From IMG/VR virus record IMGVR_UViG_3300017963_000261, positions 7,163-71,162 of that record: DNA of 64,000 nt; one strand, given 5' to 3'. A program made the translations under genes and the position numbers. The notes beneath the pieces were generated by a model. The model was not told where the DNA came from, did not search any database, and worked only from the letters and a program-made list of their open reading frames with translations. Below, one piece after another: positions 35,431-45,857 of this stretch. The stretch comes from a virus. The stretch's first letter is position 1; each line of letters opens with the position of its first letter.

Positions 35431-35880
35431 GTGGCACAAACCACTACAGCGTTCAATGCCTGTGATGTGAGTATCTGGCTGGATGACAGCACGAACACGT
35501 TGCGCGAACTCAGCGGTTCGAGCAACAGTGTCGAGGCCAACTTTGACCACGACATTGGGGAATACGTCACGTTCGACAGCAAGTGGCCGAACCGGTTGGA
35601 GTGTGGCAAGGACGCATCGTTCACGCTCAACATCATCTGTTCGGAGACCGCTAACGAGGCGTGGGATATCATCAAAGACTGGTACTTTGCAGCCAGTCCA
35701 GGCGCACGCACGTTCCGGTTCTATATGCCGGACAAGAACGTCGGTTCTGACCGCTTCAGTTGCGAAGCCAGAATCCAGAACTTCACGTTCACGGGCGACC
35801 GCAGCGAACCGGGGCCGATTATGGTCACGGCGACGTTGCTACCGGATGGCGAGGTCACACATAGCGACGTGGCAACCTAG
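35431..35880 (+). CDS. major tail tube protein
   Basis: Synteny; beta-rich ~150 aa upstream of the chaperones. Confidence 0.8.
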   Translation: MAQTTTAFNACDVSIWLDDSTNTLRELSGSSNSVEANFDHDIGEYVTFDSKWPNRLECGKDASFTLNIICSETANEAWDIIKDWYFAASPGARTFRFYMPDKNVGSDRFSCEARIQNFTFTGDRSEPGPIMVTATLLPDGEVTHSDVAT

Positions 35881-35897
35881 TCGCGGAAAGGGCAGAA

Positions 35898-36218
35898 ATG
35901 CCGGAACGGAAACGTGTTATCCGCGTGGGCACCGAGGCTGTGCAGGGCGAGGATTCCTGGGTGGACGTGCGCCGTCCGACGGTAGGCGAGCGTGTTGCCT
36001 CCCTGGAGCGAGACAATGCCGCCGACCCGCGCCTGCCGTATGAACGTAACGCGGCAGAGGTGTGCGGCTACGTGGTGGACTGGAATTGGGTGGATGATGA
36101 GGGCCAACCGTTGCCCAAACCATCCGATAATCCCAAAGTCCACCAACTGCTCACCGATGATGAGGTACGCGCACTGCTGGACGCGGTGTGGGGCACAGCG
36201 AGCACGCGAAAAAACTGA
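35898..36218 (+). CDS. tail assembly chaperone (gpG-like)
   Basis: VVDWNWVDDEGQPLP; ends at slippery site. Confidence 0.8.
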   Translation: MPERKRVIRVGTEAVQGEDSWVDVRRPTVGERVASLERDNAADPRLPYERNAAEVCGYVVDWNWVDDEGQPLPKPSDNPKVHQLLTDDEVRALLDAVWGTASTRKN

Positions 36219-36421
36219 AGGAGCAACTGCGACGGTGGCTGTTCACCGGCGGGGGGCAACCGCCGTGGGAATGGACAGTCTTGCAGTTATGTCGAAACGT
36301 ATACCACTGCACGCCGTCTCAGTTGCTCCAAGAGGATTGGAACACCATCCACACGCACCTGGCGCTGCTGGATATGGAGGCGACTGTGGCCGGGCATAGG
36401 GCGCGGGCGAGGGGTAGGTAG
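36209..36421 (+). CDS. -1 frameshift extension of tail chaperone (gpGT-like)
   Basis: A AAA AAC (36209-36215) just before the stop; -1 frame open to 36421. Confidence 0.8.
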   Translation, partial: KKLKEQLRRWLFTGGGQPPWEWTVLQLCRNVYHCTPSQLLQEDWNTIHTHLALLDMEATVAGHRARARGR

Positions 36422-38979
36422 TGGTCAAGCGGCGAGTCGAAGTCGAACTGACGGCCAAAGATGCGGGCGTAAGCAAGACATTCAACGAACTCATCGATGG
36501 ACTTGATGAGGTATCCAAGGCTGCCAAGCGGCTAAAACTGGCCGAGACGGTCAGTTCGCCCGTGGCACTTGCCCAAACATCTCTTGACGAACTGACGCAA
36601 TCGCTCAAGCGCGGTGAAATCACCATCGGCCAATATGAGGACGCGGCGAGGCGTATTCAACGCGCCTTTGGGATGGTCACACCTGAGACAGAACGCGCGG
36701 CCAAAGAGATGGAGGAACTGCACCGCGCATTCGTCAAGGGCGAAATCAGCGCCGAGGACTACGAGAAGGAACTGCGTGATTTAGGTCGCACGCTGGACGG
36801 GGTGGAGAAGCAGGGCAGTTTGCTCAAAGGTGCCCTGCAAGGCGCGATGATGGGCGTTGGCTCTGCTGCGATGGACATGGCCCGACAGTTGCCCCGTGCT
36901 ACGATAGAATTACTCAAGCTGGGCGCGGATGCCAACCGGCAGGCGACTGCGCTCAAAAATTTGGCGCTGGACGTAGGAACCTCTAGTGAAGAAATCATTG
37001 CATCCATCCAAGAGGCCAGCGGGTACACTATTGACCGAATGACTGCAATGGCAGCGGCAAACAAGGCGCTGGTGATGGACGTGGCAACCACGCCAGAGCA
37101 GTTTGAGAGACTGACTAAAGTCGCTGTCGCGCTAGGGCGAGCGATGGGCGTTGATGCTGTACAAAGCATTGACGATTTTGTCACCGCTGGCGCTCGGCAG
37201 TCCAAAATGATTGCTGATAACCTGGGCCTCACAGTTGGCGTAGAGCAGGCGAACATCAAGTATGCACGCGCACTAGGGAAAACGGTTGAGGAACTGACAG
37301 ATGCCGAAAGAAAGCAAGCGTTTCTCAATGAGATGCTGGTCCAGGGCGAAGCCAAGCTGGGCGCATTGGGGACATCTACAGATGACTTAGCAAGTGGCTT
37401 TGAGTCTCTAGGTGCTGTGCTCAAAGACATTCGCACCGATATAGCTATGACAGCAGCGGAGAGCGTCGCGGCAAGTCAGAGCATCAACAAATTCGCTCTG
37501 AGCTTGCGGGAAGCAGCAGAGGCACAACGGACTCAGGCTCAAGAACATCGAGCCGCACGGGCAGAAGTAGCAGACCTGGAAGCATACATGACGGATGCCG
37601 AAAAGGCAGAGTTACGTGCTGCCCGTTCGATGGAAGAAAGGTCCGATGCATTAGCACAAGCACGCATTCGTCAAGAAGCCCATAACCGCGCTCTAGCCAA
37701 TGCCGGTCCTTACCTGTCGGATATTGTAGAGACAACACAAAGGAGCACTGATGCCCAAGAGGACCAGAATGAAATCACCCGTGATTCCATTCGTGCCTTT
37801 GCCAGCTACGAAGATACCGTGGAGCGTGCGTTTCGTGGCGAGGAGCGGGCGATTCAAGAGAGCACGGCGACCTATGGCCGTGAGATGGCAAAGCGGCGGG
37901 AAGAACTAGAGCGTGCGGCGGTAGAGGCCCAGGCAGCTACGCAAGCGATGACGCTCTCCCTCTCTATGTCGTGGACGCAACACTTTGAGGACGTGGCCGA
38001 AAAAGAAGCGTCGTTCGTGGACAAGCGCGAGGAGCTAGAGGCCCAGCATCAGGAAAAGCTGGCCGAGATACGCAAAAAGGGACAAGCGACGGCCATTCGC
38101 ATCGACGTGGATGCAGAGCGCGCCAAGCTACAAAAGCTCCAGGAACGGCTACAACTGGCGCTCCTGGACGAACAGGCATTCACCGACAAGACGAAGGAGG
38201 CCACGCGCCTACGCAAAGAGTATGCCATACGCGACCTCCAGGAGCAGGTAGCCGCACAAAGCAAGCTGCTGGACGACTATCACGCCGGGCGACTGGTGGC
38301 AGCGGGCCAGAACGTGGATGCACTCATTACAGAGGAACAGCGCAGGCACGATGCTGCCATTGCCGGACTGGACGAGGAGATATCCAAGCAACAGCAGCTC
38401 CAAAAAGAACAGCAAGCGCAAATGATCATGCAGGCGTTCGATATGTGGGGCGCGAACAAGGACATAGCATCGGAAAAGATGGTCGAGATGCGCACGGCCA
38501 TTGCCGAGGAATACGGCCTGGTGGACGAAGGCACAACGGCGCTCATCACCGATATGATGTCAGAATGGGAATCTTGGGCATCGGGTGTGGGGGCCAGCAC
38601 AGAAGAGACGGTAGGCTACATCCACGACGTGATGACAGCAACGGGCGACCTACAAACGGACCTACTCGAACTCACGGCAGAGGATTGGGTGATCAAGGTG
38701 CGCGTCGAGCAAGAGATGGCTCCGCACATTGGCATCGATGGCGGGGGCGCAGAGACGGCGGGCATTCAGATGCAGCGCGGTGGCGCGGCCCTCGTCGGCC
38801 CAGGCTTTGGTGGGCCGATGAACTTCCGCGCCGGTGAGGGCGGGCGTGCTGAGGTGGTGCGCGTGACGCCAATGGTGGATAGCCACGACACCTACAATGT
38901 CTCTGGCGCGGATGCGGTGGCGATTATGGCCGAGACGCGCAGGCGTGAGCGCAGGGCGGAGCTGGGGAGGCTGATGTAA
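36421..38979 (+). CDS. tape measure protein
   Basis: 852 aa, Ala-rich helical; RQSKMIADNLGL; follows the chaperones. Confidence 0.9.
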   Translation: MVKRRVEVELTAKDAGVSKTFNELIDGLDEVSKAAKRLKLAETVSSPVALAQTSLDELTQSLKRGEITIGQYEDAARRIQRAFGMVTPETERAAKEMEELHRAFVKGEISAEDYEKELRDLGRTLDGVEKQGSLLKGALQGAMMGVGSAAMDMARQLPRATIELLKLGADANRQATALKNLALDVGTSSEEIIASIQEASGYTIDRMTAMAAANKALVMDVATTPEQFERLTKVAVALGRAMGVDAVQSIDDFVTAGARQSKMIADNLGLTVGVEQANIKYARALGKTVEELTDAERKQAFLNEMLVQGEAKLGALGTSTDDLASGFESLGAVLKDIRTDIAMTAAESVAASQSINKFALSLREAAEAQRTQAQEHRAARAEVADLEAYMTDAEKAELRAARSMEERSDALAQARIRQEAHNRALANAGPYLSDIVETTQRSTDAQEDQNEITRDSIRAFASYEDTVERAFRGEERAIQESTATYGREMAKRREELERAAVEAQAATQAMTLSLSMSWTQHFEDVAEKEASFVDKREELEAQHQEKLAEIRKKGQATAIRIDVDAERAKLQKLQERLQLALLDEQAFTDKTKEATRLRKEYAIRDLQEQVAAQSKLLDDYHAGRLVAAGQNVDALITEEQRRHDAAIAGLDEEISKQQQLQKEQQAQMIMQAFDMWGANKDIASEKMVEMRTAIAEEYGLVDEGTTALITDMMSEWESWASGVGASTEETVGYIHDVMTATGDLQTDLLELTAEDWVIKVRVEQEMAPHIGIDGGGAETAGIQMQRGGAALVGPGFGGPMNFRAGEGGRAEVVRVTPMVDSHDTYNVSGADAVAIMAETRRRERRAELGRLM

Positions 38980-40421
38980 TGGCAGTCACGCACCAAATCA
39001 CCGATGGCACGACCACCATCGATCTAACCACAGCGGTGGGATTCAAAGCTGAGCGTGACTTTGCCGTGACTTTTGCCGACCCGACAGGTGACGGCAGCAT
39101 ACCGCCCTACGTCACCGAGGCCATCCCGATTCACGTCTATGCCACCAGCGACAACAACCTGGCGACCACGATGCAGGACTTTCACGCATTGCAACGGCGC
39201 GCTGTCCAATACTGGGTAGACCCGATGCAGCGCACGCCGGTGTGGTATCATCGTAAGTTGGATGCGGAGACTACCGCAGTGCGCTCCCTGGTCAAGTCGA
39301 TGCACTTTACGTTTGACACACGGCTGCACGGTGTTATGGACGAGATGCCGGAAATCAGCGAGGGGCGGGACGGAATGCTGTCCATCACGCATCACCCGCA
39401 CGGCGAATCACCGACCGTAAAATCCGCATCGGCCAGTACGCCATCAGCGGCGGCAAGTCTGAGCTATGACTACACAACGGGCGGGACGGGCGATGTCGTG
39501 GGTGACGTACATGCGCGTGTTCACCCGCTACGCCTAGCGCCTATTGCTGGGGACAATCTCGAAGAGGCGTGGGTAGGTGTGCGTGGGGCAAGCAAGCACG
39601 GGGTAACGCCAGCCAACTTTATTGGCGTCTGGGAGTGCGAGGCGGGGACGAACATCACCGATGCAGTGGACGACGCCGCCAGTGAAGTGAACACGGCCAG
39701 CCCCGGCGGAGGTAGCGGCGCGTTTGTGAAGGTGACGCCAACTGGCGCGGATTACGATAACATCTGGTCACAGGCGATGGAAATCACGCTTCAGACGGCA
39801 CGCGGCGCACAGACGGCAGCCGACCAAGTGGGCGAGTTTCTGTGGGTATTGCGAATGAAATGCGACAGTGGAGACGACTGGCAGGTTCAAATGCGTTTCG
39901 GCTATAGTGGGATGGGCAACGATGATTATGTGCGTGGTGAGATTGTGAGCCTGACCAATAATCTGTGGTATTACTACCCGACAGGCATTTGCTCTATTCC
40001 GCTACGCGATGCCCGTGTGCTGACCACTAGCGACCTGGCATTCACGTTTGAGGACCGAATCGAGGTGCAAATCTGGGCCAAGTTTGGCACCACAGGCGCA
40101 AATCTCTACCTAGACTGTTTCTGCCCTGTACCCATTGACGAGGGGTTTTTGCACATCACCGGGGCCACAGCCAGCGGTAACAGCAATGATACGGTGTGGG
40201 CGGGCGTCAGCCCGCACGATCTGTCGGCTGGCATCGTGGCGACGGCTACGGGCATCGATGACGTGCCTGCTGTCGAGCCTGTGCAATGGGGCGTCCCGCC
40301 TGGCGATGGGCGGCTCATCATCGTCAAAAATAGCACAGCCACGCAAGACGTATTCACCGACCGTATGACAATCAATTGCTCTTGGTATCCGAGGTGGTTG
40401 AGCCTGCGCGGCGGAGAATGA
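38979..40421 (+). CDS. distal tail protein-like with inserted domain
   Basis: Synteny; ITDGTTTIDL N-terminus; WYPRW C-terminus. Confidence 0.65.
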   Translation: MAVTHQITDGTTTIDLTTAVGFKAERDFAVTFADPTGDGSIPPYVTEAIPIHVYATSDNNLATTMQDFHALQRRAVQYWVDPMQRTPVWYHRKLDAETTAVRSLVKSMHFTFDTRLHGVMDEMPEISEGRDGMLSITHHPHGESPTVKSASASTPSAAASLSYDYTTGGTGDVVGDVHARVHPLRLAPIAGDNLEEAWVGVRGASKHGVTPANFIGVWECEAGTNITDAVDDAASEVNTASPGGGSGAFVKVTPTGADYDNIWSQAMEITLQTARGAQTAADQVGEFLWVLRMKCDSGDDWQVQMRFGYSGMGNDDYVRGEIVSLTNNLWYYYPTGICSIPLRDARVLTTSDLAFTFEDRIEVQIWAKFGTTGANLYLDCFCPVPIDEGFLHITGATASGNSNDTVWAGVSPHDLSAGIVATATGIDDVPAVEPVQWGVPPGDGRLIIVKNSTATQDVFTDRMTINCSWYPRWLSLRGGE

Positions 40422-40424
40422 GCA

Positions 40425-41822
40425 GTGTATAATCTACTGCTCTATGAACGCCCCGCCACGAGCGCCACGGCCTATACAGGCCTCAACCTAACTCGTCATG
40501 CATACAGTTGGTCACGCAGCACGCGGGCGCTGGGTGGCTATTGGCTGGGCGATTTTACCATCACGCCGGACACGATGACCCCCTGGCGGATGGAGCGGTT
40601 CTTCAATGACCACATCGGCAAGCGCATAGAGGAGCGCACGTATAGCATCCTTACCTGGGAAGGGCTGCTGTGGGAGATGGAGTTGACCCGCGATGGCGTG
40701 AGCTATACGCGGAGTATGGACCCCTCTCGCACGTACAACCGTGTGAAAACGAGTTACACCTATCCCTACTTTGAGGACATCAACCAGGGCAATCTCACCT
40801 ATGATCCGGATGCCGGGAATAGCTTTCAAGATGACGCGCAAGATTTCAGCGATTGGCAGACGGCTGCGGGGGATTCGGTGTATGAGATTGTGGTGCAGAA
40901 TAATGACTCGACTGAAGCCAGCGGGTTCCTGGGCGCGGCATTCACTACGCTAAATGCCAATGATTCGATTCATACGTTTGAGGACATAGGTCGCACGAAC
41001 AGCGGGTGGAATGGTGAGAGCAGCGGCAAGACGCCAGTCTCATACATCGTGCGCCACGTCACCGACGCGGGCATCCAGAAAACGACGGCTGTCAGTGAGG
41101 TAACAGGTTCGAGTGACCTGTACGGTGAAATGAACCTGATTGACGTGGTGGGGGAGATGACCGATGCTGCGGCCCTGGCGAACCGGGACCGGCAGTTGAG
41201 TGAACACGCCTATCCCAATCCCATCCCCACGGGTGGCTTGAATTTTGACCCCGACACAGCGGCACGGGCTAATGAGCTACATGTCATCGTGGCTGGATTC
41301 GTATTCACGATGAACTGGCGGTATTTTGAATCAGACGTGCAGCCATTGGCGATCAGTACGCAACTGGGTACACTGGTGGATGGCACGACGGACGCGGCAG
41401 AGTTCGTGAGCGCGGGCAATATCGAGACTAACACCACGACCGCGCCGATGAGCTGTTCTGAGATTCCGATGCGCCTGTGGGATTTGGCCGAGGAACTAAT
41501 CCAGGTAGGCGATACAACAGGAGATCGGTGGGTGGGCGGAGTATATGGTGGTCGAGAGTTCCGCTATGAGGCCGCCGAGACGAACGTGACGCACTTCTGG
41601 CGTAATGGGCGGCTGGTAGATCGGGCGGGCTACCAGATACGCCCGACGCTCATCAAGCCGGACATCATCGTTCGCATCGAACCTAGTCCGTTTGGTGTGA
41701 CCCCGCCATCGGGCAATGTATGGGATAATCCCAAGTTGGTGTACATAAGAGAGGTTGAATTCATCGCGCCGTCGTCCTACCGCCTGATTCACGAAGATGG
41801 CTTTCTGGAAGGGGGCTGGTAA
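40425..41822 (+). CDS. tail tip/baseplate hub-like protein
   Basis: Synteny. Confidence 0.6.
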   Translation: MYNLLLYERPATSATAYTGLNLTRHAYSWSRSTRALGGYWLGDFTITPDTMTPWRMERFFNDHIGKRIEERTYSILTWEGLLWEMELTRDGVSYTRSMDPSRTYNRVKTSYTYPYFEDINQGNLTYDPDAGNSFQDDAQDFSDWQTAAGDSVYEIVVQNNDSTEASGFLGAAFTTLNANDSIHTFEDIGRTNSGWNGESSGKTPVSYIVRHVTDAGIQKTTAVSEVTGSSDLYGEMNLIDVVGEMTDAAALANRDRQLSEHAYPNPIPTGGLNFDPDTAARANELHVIVAGFVFTMNWRYFESDVQPLAISTQLGTLVDGTTDAAEFVSAGNIETNTTTAPMSCSEIPMRLWDLAEELIQVGDTTGDRWVGGVYGGREFRYEAAETNVTHFWRNGRLVDRAGYQIRPTLIKPDIIVRIEPSPFGVTPPSGNVWDNPKLVYIREVEFIAPSSYRLIHEDGFLEGGW

Positions 41823-44227
41823 TGGCCCGCAAGGACCAGCTCGCCCGCAAAAACATCACAGCGGATGCTAAACGGCTGGCGACGTTGCTGCGTGCCGCGA
41901 CCAACGTCGGCAGTAGCGTGAGCAAGGCAAAGCGCCACGATTTCCTTTCCTATGAACACGAGGATACGGTAGAGCAATCCCCCACCCGTGGCGACATCGT
42001 GGTGGCAAACAGCACGCCCGCCTGGGCTGCACTGGCGCATCCGGGCGCGGGTTATGCGCTGATTCCTGATGCCAATGACATCACGTGGGACCAGACGCCG
42101 ACCTGGACGGGACTGCATACCTGGGGCAACGTTGGTCCTCCGGCTATTCGTATCAGCATGGCCAGCGGCGACCCGCTGATGCAGTTGATCAGAGTCGGCC
42201 AAACCACGTTCGCGCTGGGCCTGGATGATGACGATAACGACATATTCAAGATCAACTCGGCAGCCACGCTGGCTGACCCGTCTGACTTCGAGTTGGATAC
42301 GTCGGGCAACGTCGAGATCGGCGGGGATTTCAACCTGCTCACGGGCAAGGGCATTATCCACGCCGACGGGGTGACAGCAGGCTACATATTGCGTGCTGAT
42401 GGTACACGCTACATTCCAGCCAATCCGGCTACGACGCTGCCTATTGCGCCAGCGGCACAGGGTGACCTCATCGTGGCCGATGCTACGCCAGCGTGGAGCA
42501 TCCTGACGTTGGCCGGGGGCGCAGGCTATGCATTGGTCTCAACGGCGACCACGGTCACGTGGGACCAGACGCCGACTTGGACGGGAACGCACTATTTCGG
42601 CGCGTCGGTAGGTGCGGGGCTGGAAATCACCATCGCCAGCGGCGACCCGATTATGCGGTGGGACATCGGCGGGACGGACAAATTTTGTGCAGGCGTGGAT
42701 GACGACGACAGCGACAAGTTCAAAATCCACGGGGCGTCGTCGCTGGCGGCGAGTTCTGATTTTGAGCTGGACAGCTCAGGCAACGTCGAGATCGGCGGGG
42801 ATTTCAACTTTCGTACAGGGAAAGGCATCACCCACGCGGACGGGGTGACGGCGGGCTGGGTGCTGGTATCGGATGGCACGCGCTATGTGCCCAGTGCTAC
42901 GGGCGGGATGCCCACGCCCAGCGGGCAGGGCTACATTCTCCGCTCAGACGCCACGCCCGCCTTTGTCGAGTACCTGGCTAACACGAATGGCGCGATTCTC
43001 ATTGGCGACGGCACGGACATCACCAGTGATACCACGCCGACCATTGCCGGGCTGACTACGTTCTCTGGTGGCTGGGTCGTCACAAATGGCGGCGGAACGG
43101 GCGACCTGGATGGCAATGACCTAATTATCGACCAAGATGGCGATTCTTACCTGCACGCCAGCGGTGATGACGTGGTGGACCTCGTGCTGGCTGGTGCAAG
43201 CGGTGAGTTTGGTATTCACATCAACGGTGCTGAGGATATTACCGTCACCGCGAACAGTCTTAATGTTCTATCAGGCAGCGTCATCGACTGCAACAGCGTG
43301 TTGGAGATACGTAGCCACGGTGACATCCAGAGCACAGGGGCCGACTTGCACAGCGCCACGCAGGGGGGATGGAGCGCGGATAGCAATCTGGCGATGCTCA
43401 TCGACTCCGACAACAGCGGGACATCAGATTGGTTCAGTGTCTACCACGATGGTGTGGACCTGGATGCGGCCAGCCTGTTGTTCCGGGTGACAGAGGCACC
43501 CAAGGTGTTCGTGAACGATAATGCCAACTCCAAGATGGGCATCGGTCTGACTATCAATCAAGGCACAAACACGGACGAGGCGCTGGCGATAAAAAACTCA
43601 ACGGTAGCCCACGGGATGACCAATGAGGCGGAGACTGACACCTATTGGCTGGTGCAACCAGTCACGGCTACGGGCGGGGGCGGACTGGTGGTCGGCCTAT
43701 CTGAAGTAGAGGTCGGTCTACGCTTGGCAGGCTACGCCACCACGGCAGATACGACCAAGAACACGGGAAGTCTGGCAGCCGTCGAGATTGTGGCAGCCAA
43801 GAAGAGCGGGACCGGGATCGGGACGATGGGCACAGACGGCAATCTGCTGGCGATTGTGGATGATACAAGTACGGAGTTCATCTTTGATGCAGACGGCAGC
43901 GCATATGCCAATGTAGAGTGGGAGACGTTCGACCGCTATGATGATGCTGCGCTACTCACAGCACTGGAGGCCGAGTACACGCGGCGCGATGTGATAGGTA
44001 GCACGTTCGGACAGTGGGCCAGGGAGCACCGGGATACCCTGCGTCGGGAGCGCATCATCGGGGCGGGTGGGATGCTCAATACCACGCGGCTTCTGATGCT
44101 GCACACGGGAGCTATCCGGCAGGTAGGGGAGGAGGCGCGGCGCGGCAAGGTGGACCGACAGCAGTTGCGCACCGAGGTGCAGGAACTCAAGCAGCAGATG
44201 CGCGCACTGTCGGCGGGAATGATGTAG
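41822..44227 (+). CDS. tail fibre protein with internal duplication
   Basis: Gly/Thr/Asp-rich repeats; C-terminal coiled coil. Confidence 0.75.
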   Translation: MARKDQLARKNITADAKRLATLLRAATNVGSSVSKAKRHDFLSYEHEDTVEQSPTRGDIVVANSTPAWAALAHPGAGYALIPDANDITWDQTPTWTGLHTWGNVGPPAIRISMASGDPLMQLIRVGQTTFALGLDDDDNDIFKINSAATLADPSDFELDTSGNVEIGGDFNLLTGKGIIHADGVTAGYILRADGTRYIPANPATTLPIAPAAQGDLIVADATPAWSILTLAGGAGYALVSTATTVTWDQTPTWTGTHYFGASVGAGLEITIASGDPIMRWDIGGTDKFCAGVDDDDSDKFKIHGASSLAASSDFELDSSGNVEIGGDFNFRTGKGITHADGVTAGWVLVSDGTRYVPSATGGMPTPSGQGYILRSDATPAFVEYLANTNGAILIGDGTDITSDTTPTIAGLTTFSGGWVVTNGGGTGDLDGNDLIIDQDGDSYLHASGDDVVDLVLAGASGEFGIHINGAEDITVTANSLNVLSGSVIDCNSVLEIRSHGDIQSTGADLHSATQGGWSADSNLAMLIDSDNSGTSDWFSVYHDGVDLDAASLLFRVTEAPKVFVNDNANSKMGIGLTINQGTNTDEALAIKNSTVAHGMTNEAETDTYWLVQPVTATGGGGLVVGLSEVEVGLRLAGYATTADTTKNTGSLAAVEIVAAKKSGTGIGTMGTDGNLLAIVDDTSTEFIFDADGSAYANVEWETFDRYDDAALLTALEAEYTRRDVIGSTFGQWAREHRDTLRRERIIGAGGMLNTTRLLMLHTGAIRQVGEEARRGKVDRQQLRTEVQELKQQMRALSAGMM

Positions 44228-45699
44228 TGGCTGAGTATTGGTGTGACCCCTCTGGCAACGATGGTGCAGCAGGCGACCAAGCGCACCCGTGGGAAACACC
44301 GCAAAAGGCCGCAGACACAGCGGGCGCGGGCGATACCGTCCACTTCAATGATGGCACCTACGAATTGACTGCCAGCGTTGACTTTGACACCAACAGTGGC
44401 GGGGCAGGTACCGAGATTACGTTCGAGGCCGTGAACTATGGCTCGGCTATCTGGAACTGCACCGGCGCAATCCGGCCCATCGATTGCGACCAAGATTACC
44501 TCATTTTTCGTGGGCTGGTATTCGACGGAGATACGACGGCAAACCTGGGCGCGTTTTGCGTGTTCACGTCCAGCAACTATATCTATTTCTATGACTGTGA
44601 GTTTCGCAACACGTCTGGGCATCGTATCCGTATCAGTGGTGGGGGCAATTTCACCATTCACCGTTGCCTGTTTCACGCCGAGACGCACTGGGAGGACTAT
44701 ACACCGAACCGATCACAGGATGACGTATACATCTATGGCAACGCGGACGGGGTGACGATCACGGATTGCGAGATGTACCATAGCAATCACGTTGGTATAG
44801 CGATTGTAAACGCGGATAACATAACCGTGCAGCGATGTGAGATCCACGACCAGACCTCGCACGCATTCCAGGTAGGCGACAACGACAATGTAGGAACGTC
44901 TGACACCATCTTGATAGAGCGATGCCGGATGTACGAAAACGGGTCCTGGCGCACGGCGGGAAAGGAAAATAAAGTCGGCGTGTTCTGTGAGTACGGATGC
45001 AGCAATGTCACCGTGCGGTTCAATATGATCTACAAGAATGATGGGCCGGGGATACACGTTCGCGGCGATGCAACTGGACCGCTGTCATTTTACAACAACA
45101 CGCTATATAGCAATTTGGAAGAACAGGTCAATGACTGGGGAGATATCCTGTTTGCCGATGAGGGCGGGGGTACGCCGACCATCAATCTCAAGAACAACTT
45201 GATTTACCACAACAAAAACGGCACGAGCAAGCACACGCTGATTATCGAGAACGGCATCGAGGGTGTGGGCAACATCGACGCTGACTATAACCTATACTAT
45301 GACAGCACGGGCGAGCAGGAGATAGACCGCGATGGTAACAGCTATGCCACCTATGCCGCGTATCAGGCCGCTGGCTACGAACCTAATAGCATAAGCGGCG
45401 ATCCTGACTTTGAGGGTGCAGAGAGTGGCATCTTTGAGCTGCAACCGGGCAGCCCCGCTATCAATGCAGGCGTGGACGTGGGCTTGCCATACTATAGCAC
45501 GGCCCCGGACATCGGCGCGCGGGAGACGTGGCCGAATCTGCTGGCTATCGTGGACCACACGAATACACGCTTCCTATTCCAGAAAAGCGGCTCGGCGTTG
45601 GCGCGCGTTGAGTGGACCACGTTCGAGAAACACGATGACCTGGCGCTGTTGGCAGTGTTGGAGGCTGTGATGTTGGGGCTTTCTGAGGAGGCGATATGA
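44227..45699 (+). CDS. right-handed beta-helix (pectate-lyase-like) protein, putative tailspike/depolymerase
   Basis: PWETPQKAA...AGDTVHFNDGTY; beta-helix repeats; LQPGSPAINAG...PDIGARE. Confidence 0.8.
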   Translation: MAEYWCDPSGNDGAAGDQAHPWETPQKAADTAGAGDTVHFNDGTYELTASVDFDTNSGGAGTEITFEAVNYGSAIWNCTGAIRPIDCDQDYLIFRGLVFDGDTTANLGAFCVFTSSNYIYFYDCEFRNTSGHRIRISGGGNFTIHRCLFHAETHWEDYTPNRSQDDVYIYGNADGVTITDCEMYHSNHVGIAIVNADNITVQRCEIHDQTSHAFQVGDNDNVGTSDTILIERCRMYENGSWRTAGKENKVGVFCEYGCSNVTVRFNMIYKNDGPGIHVRGDATGPLSFYNNTLYSNLEEQVNDWGDILFADEGGGTPTINLKNNLIYHNKNGTSKHTLIIENGIEGVGNIDADYNLYYDSTGEQEIDRDGNSYATYAAYQAAGYEPNSISGDPDFEGAESGIFELQPGSPAINAGVDVGLPYYSTAPDIGARETWPNLLAIVDHTNTRFLFQKSGSALARVEWTTFEKHDDLALLAVLEAVMLGLSEEAI

Positions 45700-45857
45700 C
45701 TGAACGGGACGTACAGGCATTGGGCGCGATATTGGCGCGCTGGCCGATGACGCCTGCCGAGGCACAGTTTGTGAATCGGGTACTGGCCGAGATGCGTGAA
45801 TGGATAGCGGCCATCGAGCAGGCAGCACAAGAGGATGAGGAGGATGACGAACCATAG
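45696..45857 (+). CDS. small hypothetical protein (MTERDVQALG...)
   Basis: Read manually; GAGGAGG SD. Confidence 0.55.
   Translation: MTERDVQALGAILARWPMTPAEAQFVNRVLAEMREWIAAIEQAAQEDEEDDEP

Noticed and set aside
44014-44226. Upstream extension of the beta-helix ORF
   Set aside because: Overlaps the tail fibre; the TAGTG-coupled start at 44227 is more plausible
41822-45699. Diversity-generating retroelement in tail fibre repeats
   Set aside because: No reverse transcriptase; differences between repeats are not adenine-specific
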